In this document: positions 25,722 through 33,696 of the stretch, in pieces
Position numbering within the stretch: the stretch's first letter is position 1
Layout of the letters: each line of letters starts with the position of its first letter
NCBI GenBank assembly: GCA_002816455.1
Contig: MUCR01000017.1
Coordinates: 6,702-70,701 of the forward strand
Length of the DNA: 64,000 nt
Source of the DNA: SAR202 cluster bacterium Io17-Chloro-G4
GTDB lineage: Bacteria > Chloroflexota > Dehalococcoidia > Lucifugimonadales > UBA3495
Direction: 5' to 3'
Notes under the pieces: generated by a model
The model's database searches: none
What the model was told of the DNA's origin: nothing
Seen by the model: only the letters and a program-made list of their open reading frames with translations
Position numbers and translations under genes: made by a program

Positions 25722-25884
25722 ACTACGTGGTGGTCAACGGCAAGCTGGTGGTGGACAACGGGGTCCACACGGGAGCGACACCGGGACGAGCGCTACGGTC
25801 GCAGTAACGTAGAATCTCAAATATAATGTCATATATCATTTGCCGGACTATACATGTACTCAGCATAAGGACATCGGGTGCAAT

Positions 25885-26121
25885 ATGACTCCCCAGCACG
25901 CAGTTAAGGCAGTCATTCGAAAGGGCGAGGACCATTACGTTGCTGAATGTGTGGAAATCGCCGTCGTGACCCAAGGCAAAACCTTGGACGAGACCGTCAG
26001 CAACCTACGAGAAGCAGTTGGTCTGCATTTAGATGGCGAGGACCTTGCGGAACTTGGTCTAGCAGCCGACCCATGGATACTTATCACGTTGGAGTTGGAG
26101 TTGGCAGGTGCCCAGGCTTAG
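25885..26121 (+). CDS. hicB: HicB-family antitoxin
   Basis: AVIRKGEDHYVAECVEIAVVTQGKTLDETVSNLREAVGLHL fits the family. The start was chosen at the internal ATG 25885. Confidence 0.7.
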   Translation: MTPQHAVKAVIRKGEDHYVAECVEIAVVTQGKTLDETVSNLREAVGLHLDGEDLAELGLAADPWILITLELELAGAQA

Positions 26122-26353
26122 ACGCCTGTCCGGCCAACAAGTTATTAATATCCTATCGGGGTTCGGATTCTACATCCATTCTCAAAGAGGCAGTCACGTC
26201 AAGCTTAGAAGAACTCCGACTACCGGGGCACTCCAGACACTAACCGTGCCGAGACATCGTAAAATGGACGTCGGAACGATTCAAGCCATATTTCGACAAG
26301 CATGCCGATTTATCCCAGAGGATCAGCTTAGAGATCAATTCTATACCGATTAG
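26108..26353 (+). CDS. hicA: HicA-family toxin
   Basis: LSGQQVINILSGFGFYIHSQRGSHVKLRR...LTVPRHRKMDVGTIQAIFRQA fits the family. It overlaps the end of hicB. Confidence 0.8.
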   Translation: MPRLRRLSGQQVINILSGFGFYIHSQRGSHVKLRRTPTTGALQTLTVPRHRKMDVGTIQAIFRQACRFIPEDQLRDQFYTD

Positions 26354-26492
26354 TGCTGGTGGGCCGACGCCAGCTTCATGGCTGAGATCTGGAATTACCG
26401 CACGCAACCCATTGAGCACGTGCCCTAGTTGCGTGCCCTCTCCCCATGGGGCATAATCCATCACTACGCCACACCTACTGGCACCTAGTAAA

Positions 26493-26527
26493 ACTGACCG
26501 CTGGCGGCTCATAGCTGATAGCTAATG
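26493..26527. repeat. Repeat family 4
   Basis: ACTGACCGCTGGCGGCTCATAGCTGATAGCTAATG. Confidence 0.6.
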
Positions 26528-26543
26528 TCCCTGGAGGAAGCAC

Positions 26544-27776
26544 ATGGATTTTGAACCCACCTATACCGAGGAGCAGGAAAAATTCCGGCTGGAAGTCCGA
26601 GCCTGGTTGAAGGACCACGTTCCTGCCAGTATCGTCCACCCAGCGGACCCGATCGACCTCTCTTACGAGCAGTATCAGATGCGCCGGGAATTGGGCCGCA
26701 AGCTGGGCGAAAAGGGTTGGCTCTGGCCCACCGCTCCAGTGGAATACGGCGGCGGCGGTCTGTCCTTGGACTATTCGGTGGTTATTGAAGAAGAAATCGA
26801 CAATGCCGGCATGACCCTGCCGCCCTACTACGACTCCGGCGGAAAGCTTGGCGGCGCTTCTATATTGGTCTGGGGCTCGGAAGAGCAAAAGCAGTTTTTC
26901 TTGAACAAGATTTTTCGAGGCGAAGTCCGGACCTGGCAACTGCTGTCTGAACCCGAAGCTGGCTCCGACCTAGCTAATGTTAAGACCACCGCCATCCGGG
27001 ACGGCGACGATTATGTGATTAACGGCCAGAAAGTCTTCGTAGGCAGTGGCCTGGGCTGCGACTACATGTGGACCATAACAGTCACCGACACCGAGGCTAA
27101 GCGGCACGAAAACCTGGGTTGGTTCATGATTGAGGCCGACTTGCCCGGCATAACAATTCAGCCCATGGATTTGCTAATTTCCGGCGGCGAGTCGGGAGCT
27201 GGTTCCGGCGTAAAGAACGTGGTGTTCTTCGACAACGTGAGAGTGCCTGCTTTCAACCTGGTAGGCGGTGAGAACGAAGGGTGGAAAGTCGCCACCACCC
27301 ACTTGGAGCTGGAGCATGGCACCGGCGGACGGATTTCCCGAAACTGGTTGGTTGACCGGATGTTCGATTACTGCAAAACCACCCAGCGCCGGGGCGAACC
27401 GCTGGCCAAAGACCCGAATGTTCAGGACCGTTTGGTGGACATATACATTGAAGCTGAAATTACCCGCCTATTTAACTTGAGAAACTATTGGATGCGCCAC
27501 AGCGGCGCAACCATTACCTATGAAGGCCCTCAAGCGTCTTACTATCGGAAGCAATCTGGGCTGCGTCAGGCGACGGCCATCCTGGACATCCTGGGACCGG
27601 CGGCGCTGACTTACGATCCCGAACTGGGCGCCGGAGAAGGCCACGTGGAAGCCTACATGCGCTCGGCGTTAATAGCCCTCCATCCGGGCGGCACCACCGA
27701 CATCCAGAAAGTTATTATGGCCCGGCGCATCGGCATCGGCCGCGAGGTTAAAGAAAAAGCAGGTGCGTTGGCTTAG
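26544..27776 (+). CDS. Acyl-CoA dehydrogenase family protein (putative catalytic subunit)
   Basis: 410 aa with the ACAD three-domain layout. LELEHG aligns by eye with the isovaleryl-CoA-DH-type catalytic Glu (LDLER). The C-terminus reads GGTTDIQKVIMARRI. Confidence 0.85.
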   Translation: MDFEPTYTEEQEKFRLEVRAWLKDHVPASIVHPADPIDLSYEQYQMRRELGRKLGEKGWLWPTAPVEYGGGGLSLDYSVVIEEEIDNAGMTLPPYYDSGGKLGGASILVWGSEEQKQFFLNKIFRGEVRTWQLLSEPEAGSDLANVKTTAIRDGDDYVINGQKVFVGSGLGCDYMWTITVTDTEAKRHENLGWFMIEADLPGITIQPMDLLISGGESGAGSGVKNVVFFDNVRVPAFNLVGGENEGWKVATTHLELEHGTGGRISRNWLVDRMFDYCKTTQRRGEPLAKDPNVQDRLVDIYIEAEITRLFNLRNYWMRHSGATITYEGPQASYYRKQSGLRQATAILDILGPAALTYDPELGAGEGHVEAYMRSALIALHPGGTTDIQKVIMARRIGIGREVKEKAGALA

Positions 27777-27781
27777 ATTTA

Positions 27782-27848
27782 GCCACCGAGACACAGAGGC
27801 GCGGAGACTACGAGATAAAAACTCTCTGTGACTCCGTGCCTCTGTGGC
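27782..27848. repeat. Repeat family 2 hairpin (between the two ACAD genes)
   Basis: CACAGAGGCGCGGAG ... CTCCGTGCCTCTGTG. Confidence 0.75.
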
Positions 27849-27873
27849 ATACCAGTGCGAAAGAAGGAGCCCT

Positions 27874-29028
27874 ATGGACCTAGCTCTGACTCCGGAACAG
27901 GAAATGCTAAAGACGGCCGTGCGCCGTTTCGTGCAACAAGAGTACCCCAAAGACACGTTGCTGCAGATGGCGGCCACGGGTATATCATGTCCTTCCGAAT
28001 CGTGGAGCAAGCTAGCGGAGACAGGATGGCTGGGAATTGCCATCCCTCAAGAGTACGGTGGGGAGGGAGGCACGCTAACCGATGCCGCAGTACTTTTCGA
28101 GGAACTGGGGAGAGGTCCTGTTCCCGGGCCGCACATCAGTTCCGGGCTTCTAGGAGGCTTCACCGTGCTGGCTGGTGGCACTCAGGCGCAAAAGAGGGAA
28201 TGGCTGCCCTTGATTGCCAAGGGTGAGCGGTCGCTAGTGCTAGCCGTCACCGAGGCCGACTACGGATGGGATGCCAGGGACGTGCGCTTGGTGGCCACCC
28301 ACGACGGCGACGGTTATCGGCTAAACGGCTCCAAAAGCTACGTTTTCGACGGCTTGTCAGCCACCCATTTCCTCTGTGCCGTGCGCTTGGATGACCCCCC
28401 CAACCCCCCCTTGGCAAGGGGGGGCAAGGGGGGGTCCGTGGGATTGGTGTCGGTCCCGGCCAACGCCTCCGGAGTCACGGTTCGATCCCTGCCTGGCTTT
28501 GCTTGGAACCTGTCCGAGGTCAAGCTGGATGACGTGGTAGTTGATAAAGCCGACCTGCTGGGCGAGTCCTTCGACTCCGGGTGGGACGCTTTCCAAGAAG
28601 CCGCCGGCCGCACCATTCCCGTTCTCACCGCTTATCAAGTTGGCGCCTGCCAAGCGGTCTACGACATGTCGGTGGAATACAGCCGGACGAGGGTACAGTT
28701 CAACATGCCCATCGGCCGCTTCCAGCGGGTGCAAGACCATGTCATAAACCTTGTTAACCAGTTGGACGCCGCCCGATGGACGGCCTACGAAGCGCTATGG
28801 AAGTTGGATACTGACCGCCCGGCTGCCGACGCAATCCACTTGGCAAAGGCCGTTGGCTCTGAAGCCTATTATCAGGCTTGCAACCACGCCCACGAAGTCC
28901 ATGCCGGTGTGGGCAGCATGACCGAATATGGCCTTACCCTGCACACCACAGCCTCCCGCACCCTCTACCACTACCTGGGTGACCCCCGCTACCACCGCCG
29001 CCTGCTGGCCGAGGCTCTGGGTTTGTAA
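27874..29028 (+). CDS. Acyl-CoA dehydrogenase family protein (second subunit-like paralog)
   Basis: ATG 27874 follows AAGGAG. The protein has an ACAD fold (MDLALTPEQEMLKTAVRRF...). Both usual catalytic-Glu positions appear substituted, and it carries an in-frame repeat insertion at 28394-28434. Confidence 0.85.
   Translation: MDLALTPEQEMLKTAVRRFVQQEYPKDTLLQMAATGISCPSESWSKLAETGWLGIAIPQEYGGEGGTLTDAAVLFEELGRGPVPGPHISSGLLGGFTVLAGGTQAQKREWLPLIAKGERSLVLAVTEADYGWDARDVRLVATHDGDGYRLNGSKSYVFDGLSATHFLCAVRLDDPPNPPLARGGKGGSVGLVSVPANASGVTVRSLPGFAWNLSEVKLDDVVVDKADLLGESFDSGWDAFQEAAGRTIPVLTAYQVGACQAVYDMSVEYSRTRVQFNMPIGRFQRVQDHVINLVNQLDAARWTAYEALWKLDTDRPAADAIHLAKAVGSEAYYQACNHAHEVHAGVGSMTEYGLTLHTTASRTLYHYLGDPRYHRRLLAEALGL
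28394..28434. repeat. Repeat family 5: nested G/C palindrome C7-AA-C7-TTGGCAA-G7-CAA-G7, inside a CDS
   Basis: ACCCCCCCAACCCCCCCTTGGCAAGGGGGGGCAAGGGGGGG, translated in-frame as DPPNPPLARGGKGG. It is related to the element at 59079. Confidence 0.8.
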
Positions 29029-29086
29029 GCCAATACTTGGGTTTGGAGAATTTGGTCGGCTAAGTTTGGACCAAGGAGAAAGAGTC

Positions 29087-29332
29087 ATGTCGACGCCTGT
29101 CAGAGATCTGTTTAGACAAGCCTCGGCCCTCGACGAGCAAGACCGAGCAACATTAGCCGGTTTGTTGTTGGAGAGCCTCGAAGACAATGTTGATGAGGAT
29201 GCTGAGACGGCTTGGCGGGACGAGATTGGGCGACGATTAGTTGAACTTGATGCCGGCGCCGTGGAGCTTGTGTCTTGGGAGGAAGTTCAGGCGGGGCTTC
29301 GAAAGAGCACTGGTGCCGAACATACGGATTAG
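29087..29332 (+). CDS. Addiction-module antitoxin (TIGR02574-like), paralog of 6869-7093
   Basis: ATG 29087 follows AAGGAGAAAGAG. It contains LDEQDRATLAGLLLESLE...AWRDEIGRRLVELDAG. Confidence 0.7.
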   Translation: MSTPVRDLFRQASALDEQDRATLAGLLLESLEDNVDEDAETAWRDEIGRRLVELDAGAVELVSWEEVQAGLRKSTGAEHTD

Positions 29333-29609
29333 ATTTCATGGGGAAGCGGCCGCTGAAGTTGATGCCGCTGTGCGTTGGTACAGAGAGCGGAGCCCCGATG
29401 CCGCTCGAGCTTTTGTAACCGAGATTATTGCGTGCGTTCAGCGGGTTGAGGAAGCTCCTGACCGTTGGCCGCATTAATTGCGTGACACCCGCCGCTATTT
29501 ATTTCCGCACTTTCCTTTCAGTCTCGTATACCGGCACCGGGGCGAAGAAATCGAAATAGTTGCCGTTGTGCATCATCGGAGGCAACCGGGTTACTGGAGA
29601 ATTCGCTAG
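29313..29609 (+). pseudogene. parE: ParE-like toxin interrupted by an in-frame TAA (29475-29477)
   Basis: Translation from GTG 29313 gives ...IRFHGEAAAEVDAAVRWYRERSPDAARAFVTEIIACVQRVEEAPDRWPH*LRDTRRYLFPHFPFSLVYRHRGEEIEIVAVVHHRRQPGYWRIR*. This is collinear with the intact ParE-like protein at 6579-6872. Confidence 0.65.
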
Positions 29610-29629
29610 AAAGTAGAACCCCTCTGGCA

Positions 29630-31819
29630 TCACCGGCCACTGCCCTCGCTGTCCCGCCTGATAATCCCTTTTTGTTGCAAGCCGATGTGCGCCATGCGAA
29701 TCTCATCATAAGAGTAGTTATCGCCCAGTAGCTCTTTTACCGGCGCCAGGCGTGTGTCCTCTGTACGGAGGAACGCCGATTTGATCTTCTCCATGCGCTC
29801 CGGAGGCGGCATGAGGTGTTCCAAATCTAAAGCCTCACCGGTCTGAACAAGGCGTTCAATCTGTGATCCGATGGTGCTGCTGGCCAAAACGCGGCGTCGG
29901 GCGATTTCGTCGATGCTGAGCTTTAGCCCTACCAGTTCTTTGGTCTGGTTCAAAGTTGAGTTGGCCGAATCTCTAGTGCGGCCATTTCTAGTCCGCCGCA
30001 CTGTAATCGACGTTTCCTGAAGCCCGTTGGCTTCCGCAAACTCCCGGATCACCTCAAGAAATGGCCCGCTCAGCTCCTCTAATTTGACCCTTCCCACGCC
30101 TGAAATTCTGGAAAAACTTTCGTTGCTTTGGGGCAGATAAGACGCCATCTGCAGCATTGAAGCGTCACCAAAGATAACGTAGGCAGGCACTCCCCGTTGC
30201 TCCGCTATGTTTCTGCGCAAACCCCGGAGCATTTCCAGCAATTCCAGGTTGGGGGCCAGTACTTCGGCATCAAATGTAGCGGCTTTTTCGCCCACCGACT
30301 TCGGCCTGTCTAGCATTAAGGTCAAACGGTTTTTCAGGAAATCCTTCCCTAGAAGCGTCAAGCTCAAGGTTGGATAGCTTCCTTCGCTTTTCGAAAGTAG
30401 GTCCTGGCTCACCAAAGAGTTGGTGATCTGCTTTAATTCCTCATCTGTGGACTCTCTGGCGATGCCGAACACGGTCAATTCTTGGTGTCCGTATTGAATC
30501 ACCCGTTTTGTAGCCGCTCCTCGAAGCACTTGAGCAACGTGCTGCCCACCGAAACGCTCGCCGGTCCGGATTACCGCCGAGAGGATTTTCTGTGCAATCT
30601 CCGTGGCGTCGTACTGCTCTCTAGGGGTCAAACAAATGTCGCAGCCCCCGCAGTCGGTCTCCCAGGGGCTCTCGCCGAAATAGGCGAGCAAGCGCTGTCG
30701 TCTGCATGTGGTCAGTTCGCAGTACTCGACCATCTGGGAAAGTTTTAGTTGCTCGTTTTCCCGCTCTTCAGATTGCTCTATTTGGTCTATAAAAAAGTCG
30801 TGCTTGATCTTGTCGCCAAAGGAGTAGAACAGAACGCATTCGCTGGGAAGGCCGTCTCGGCCAGCCCGGCCGGTTTCTTGGTAGTATCCTTCAAGGGACT
30901 TGGGCAGGTCGTAGTGGACTACCAAGCGGATATCCGGTTTGTCGATTCCCATGCCGAAAGCGATGGTGGCCACGATTATGGGTACCCGATCGTGGATAAA
31001 ATTCTCTTGGTTAGCTCTGCGCGTTTCCCTTGAGAGACCGGCGTGATATGGCAACGCTTGCATTCCGCAGCCGGTCAAATCCTCCGCCAGAGACTCTGTG
31101 TCCTTGCGGGAGAAGCAGTAAATTATGGCGGACTCGTTTTTGTGAGACTCCAACAGGTCGAGCAAGGCGCCAAAGGCTCTCTTCTTGGGCCGGACATTGT
31201 AAGTCAGATTGGACCGGTTGAGACCGGACAGAAAAACGCCCGGCTCATTGAGCCCAAGTTGGGCGATGATGTCACTTTGGACCTGATCGGTCGCTGTGGC
31301 GGTTAGGGCAATTAGTGGTACGTTGGGAAAGTCCCGCCGCAGGGATTTTAGGGTTCGGTAATCAGGCCTGAAGTCATGACCCCACTCTGAGATGCAATGT
31401 GCTTCGTCGATGGCAAACAAGCTAACTTCCAGTGTAAGCAGGAATTCCCGAAAGCCGGGAAGCGCCAACCGTTCCGGCGCCAAATAAAGAATCTTGAAGT
31501 CGCCGCTCTTGGCCAACCCTTGAACTTTAGCGGCCTGGGTGGCGGTTAGCGTGCTGTTCAAGTAGGCGGCGGGCACACCGTTGGCCCGGAGATTGTCCAC
31601 CTGGTCCTTCATTAAGGCGATGAGCGGGGAGACCACTACGGTCAGGCCGTCGGAGCAGAGGGCAGGCAGTTGGTAGCACAAAGACTTTCCGCCGCCCGTG
31701 AGCATCAACACCAAAGCGTCTTTCCGGTCCAACACTGCGGTTATGATTTCTTCTTGGCCCGGTAAAAAGCTTTCAAAGCCGAAGTGGGCTTTCAATTTTT
31801 CAAGCACGCTTTCAAGCAC
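29630..31819 (-). CDS. recQ: ATP-dependent DNA helicase RecQ with a C-terminal HRDC and extra HTH-like extension
   Basis: Contains FLPGQEEII, TGGGKSLCYQLPA, DEAHCISEWGHDFRPDY, the zinc-binding CRR..LL.YFGE...C..CDIC motif, then HRDC-like and HTH-like tails. 729 aa. Confidence 0.9.
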   Translation of the reverse strand: MLESVLEKLKAHFGFESFLPGQEEIITAVLDRKDALVLMLTGGGKSLCYQLPALCSDGLTVVVSPLIALMKDQVDNLRANGVPAAYLNSTLTATQAAKVQGLAKSGDFKILYLAPERLALPGFREFLLTLEVSLFAIDEAHCISEWGHDFRPDYRTLKSLRRDFPNVPLIALTATATDQVQSDIIAQLGLNEPGVFLSGLNRSNLTYNVRPKKRAFGALLDLLESHKNESAIIYCFSRKDTESLAEDLTGCGMQALPYHAGLSRETRRANQENFIHDRVPIIVATIAFGMGIDKPDIRLVVHYDLPKSLEGYYQETGRAGRDGLPSECVLFYSFGDKIKHDFFIDQIEQSEERENEQLKLSQMVEYCELTTCRRQRLLAYFGESPWETDCGGCDICLTPREQYDATEIAQKILSAVIRTGERFGGQHVAQVLRGAATKRVIQYGHQELTVFGIARESTDEELKQITNSLVSQDLLSKSEGSYPTLSLTLLGKDFLKNRLTLMLDRPKSVGEKAATFDAEVLAPNLELLEMLRGLRRNIAEQRGVPAYVIFGDASMLQMASYLPQSNESFSRISGVGRVKLEELSGPFLEVIREFAEANGLQETSITVRRTRNGRTRDSANSTLNQTKELVGLKLSIDEIARRRVLASSTIGSQIERLVQTGEALDLEHLMPPPERMEKIKSAFLRTEDTRLAPVKELLGDNYSYDEIRMAHIGLQQKGIIRRDSEGSGR

Positions 31820-32029
31820 GGAGCTATCCTAGTCAACCTTGGCCCATTCAGCAACGCCCTTCTGTCACCATTTACGACAGGTTTTGAGATGCCTAGATTT
31901 CTGTTATCTGCGTTGCGGAACAGCCTCTGAAACAGCCCCAGCTCCATTGGCCCGAATCTAATGTGAACGAAATTAGTAAGAATTTCCCAATAACCAACCA
32001 CGAGGTATCGTGGCTTGACCAATCCAAAT

Positions 32030-32038
32030 TGATATAAT
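32030..32038 (+). promoter_or_regulatory. Possible extended -10 element TGATATAAT upstream of the KaiC-like gene
   Basis: An exact TGnTATAAT lies about 45 nt upstream of ATG 32083. There is no good -35 at standard spacing. Confidence 0.3.
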
Positions 32039-32082
32039 GTCAATTAAATTAGAGAGACAACAACAAACCGGCTATCAAGCCG

Positions 32083-32829
32083 ATGGCGATGACCATGATC
32101 GAAAGGACAAACACCAGTGCTGCGCAGAAAATGGGGACCGGCCTGGATTGGCTGGACCAACTAATAGACGGCGGTTTGCCTAGGCAATCCCTGGTGGTTG
32201 TCGGCGGTGTGCCCGGTGCTGGCAAGTCCACTTTGGCCTTCCACATGATGGCCGAAGCCGTGAAGAATGACACCAATGCCATGTTGGTCACCACCACCAA
32301 TCAGCCTATTTCCAAACTACGAAGACAATATGGCAACCTCAGCTTCTTGGGCCCCACCGGCGCTATGGATAAACTGGAGTTCTTTTCCCTGGACACGGGC
32401 ATTCAAGACACCACCATGAACACCCTGCTCAACACTATAGTTGGCCGGCTTCAGGAATCGAACGTTGGAGTGGTGGTGATTGACAGCTTTCGGGTGATAT
32501 CCGACTTGGCGCCCAACCGGGCCCAAGTGTGGCGTTTCTTGGGTTCCCTGAGCGCCAACGTGGTGGACAGCAACTGCGTTTGCTTGCTGCTGGGTGAGTA
32601 TTCCCTGCCCCGGGACTTGGACTTGCCGGAATTAGCGGTGGCCGACGTGGTTATTTACCTGGAGGTGGAACGCCAGACTGCACAAGACCTGCGGACCCTC
32701 CGCATATACAAAACCAGGGGAACCGCCTACACTCCGGGCAGGCAGGCGTACACCATTTCAAGCGATGGCATATCGTTTACAGGCAGCTATCAAGGCCAGC
32801 CCGGAGAAAACACTCCGGCTGCTATCTAG
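32083..32829 (+). CDS. Single-domain KaiC-like / RecA-superfamily ATPase
   Basis: Contains TGLDWLDQLIDGGLPRQSLVVVGGVPGAGKSTLAFHM (Walker A) and VVVIDSF (Walker B). About 248 aa. The exact start is uncertain (ATGs at 32083, 32089, 32095). Confidence 0.7.
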   Translation: MAMTMIERTNTSAAQKMGTGLDWLDQLIDGGLPRQSLVVVGGVPGAGKSTLAFHMMAEAVKNDTNAMLVTTTNQPISKLRRQYGNLSFLGPTGAMDKLEFFSLDTGIQDTTMNTLLNTIVGRLQESNVGVVVIDSFRVISDLAPNRAQVWRFLGSLSANVVDSNCVCLLLGEYSLPRDLDLPELAVADVVIYLEVERQTAQDLRTLRIYKTRGTAYTPGRQAYTISSDGISFTGSYQGQPGENTPAAI

Positions 32830-32879
32830 CCGCTGCGAGACGGCTCAGGATGAGCGGTCGCCTCTAGAAAATTACTCCT

Positions 32880-33644
32880 CTATTTCCCTTTCCACACCGG
32901 CGCCCGCTTTTCGGCGAAAGCCGTCACCCCCTCTTTGGCGTCCTCACTGTCCAAGACCTCGTTCCGTTTCGCTTGGGCGAAGGCCACTCGGTCTTCCAGC
33001 CCCATCTCGGACCCCTTGATTGACGCCTCTTTGATGGCGGCGATCGACAGGGGAGCGTTGGCGGTTATCTTGCGCGCTAGTTCTTCTGCTTTGGGCAAGA
33101 CCTCTTCCGGCGGCACCACGTAGTTGACCAGCATCAGTTCCAGCGCTTTCTGGGCGTCCACGAAATCGCCGGTGAAGAGGAATTCGAAGGCTATATTGCG
33201 GGGCACCACCTGGGAGAGCAGAGCCGGGCCGCTGACCGACGAGATGCCCCTTTTCGCCTGGGGCCAACCGAACTGGGCCTCGGACGAGGCCACCCGTATA
33301 TCGCTGCCCAGTGCGATACCGCAACCTTGTGCCAAGCAGATGCCGTTGATGGCGGCGATTATTGGCTTCCAGATGTTGGACTGAACAACGTAAAGGTCGC
33401 CGGTGCTGGGGCCTTCGTTGGCCCGTGCGTTGGCCATGGCCACCAAATCGTGCCCGGTGGAAAAAGCCCGGCCATTACCGGTCACCAAGGCGCAGCGAAC
33501 CTCAGGGTTGTTCTTCACGTCCTGAAAAGCGTCCCATAGAAGCTGGCGCATCGGTGGGTCGATGGCGTTCAGCTTCTCCGGGCGGTTGAGGGTAATGTAA
33601 GCGATGCCCTCACGTATTTCGTACAGCACTTCCTTTTCGGGCAC
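32880..33644 (-). CDS. Enoyl-CoA hydratase/isomerase (crotonase fold)
   Basis: Contains ITLNRPEKLNA, LVTGNGRAFSTGHD and C-terminal AFAEKRAPVWKG. The start is GTG after GGAGG. Confidence 0.85.
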   Translation of the reverse strand: MPEKEVLYEIREGIAYITLNRPEKLNAIDPPMRQLLWDAFQDVKNNPEVRCALVTGNGRAFSTGHDLVAMANARANEGPSTGDLYVVQSNIWKPIIAAINGICLAQGCGIALGSDIRVASSEAQFGWPQAKRGISSVSGPALLSQVVPRNIAFEFLFTGDFVDAQKALELMLVNYVVPPEEVLPKAEELARKITANAPLSIAAIKEASIKGSEMGLEDRVAFAQAKRNEVLDSEDAKEGVTAFAEKRAPVWKGK

Positions 33645-33696
33645 TTTTCACCTCCGATTACGTTTGCCTTGCACCTTTCAAGTAGCAAGCTGACAG

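Noticed and set aside
28928-29086. The upstream extension of the second antitoxin ORF (track start 28928), which overlaps the ACAD 3' end.
   Set aside because: The extension is an out-of-frame overlap with the ACAD gene. A strong SD (AAGGAGAAAGAG) precedes ATG 29087, and the homologous antitoxin at 6869-7093 matches only from that point.
29475-29477. Stop-codon readthrough or recoding as an explanation for the in-frame stop in the ParE-like gene.
   Set aside because: The codon is TAA, not TGA (Sec) or TAG (Pyl). No recoding signal is evident. A pseudogene or a sequencing error is the simpler explanation.
32083-32829. A genuine circadian KaiC.
   Set aside because: Only one RecA-like domain is present (about 248 aa versus about 520 aa for KaiC), and no kaiA or kaiB is nearby. 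It is called a generic KaiC-like ATPase instead.
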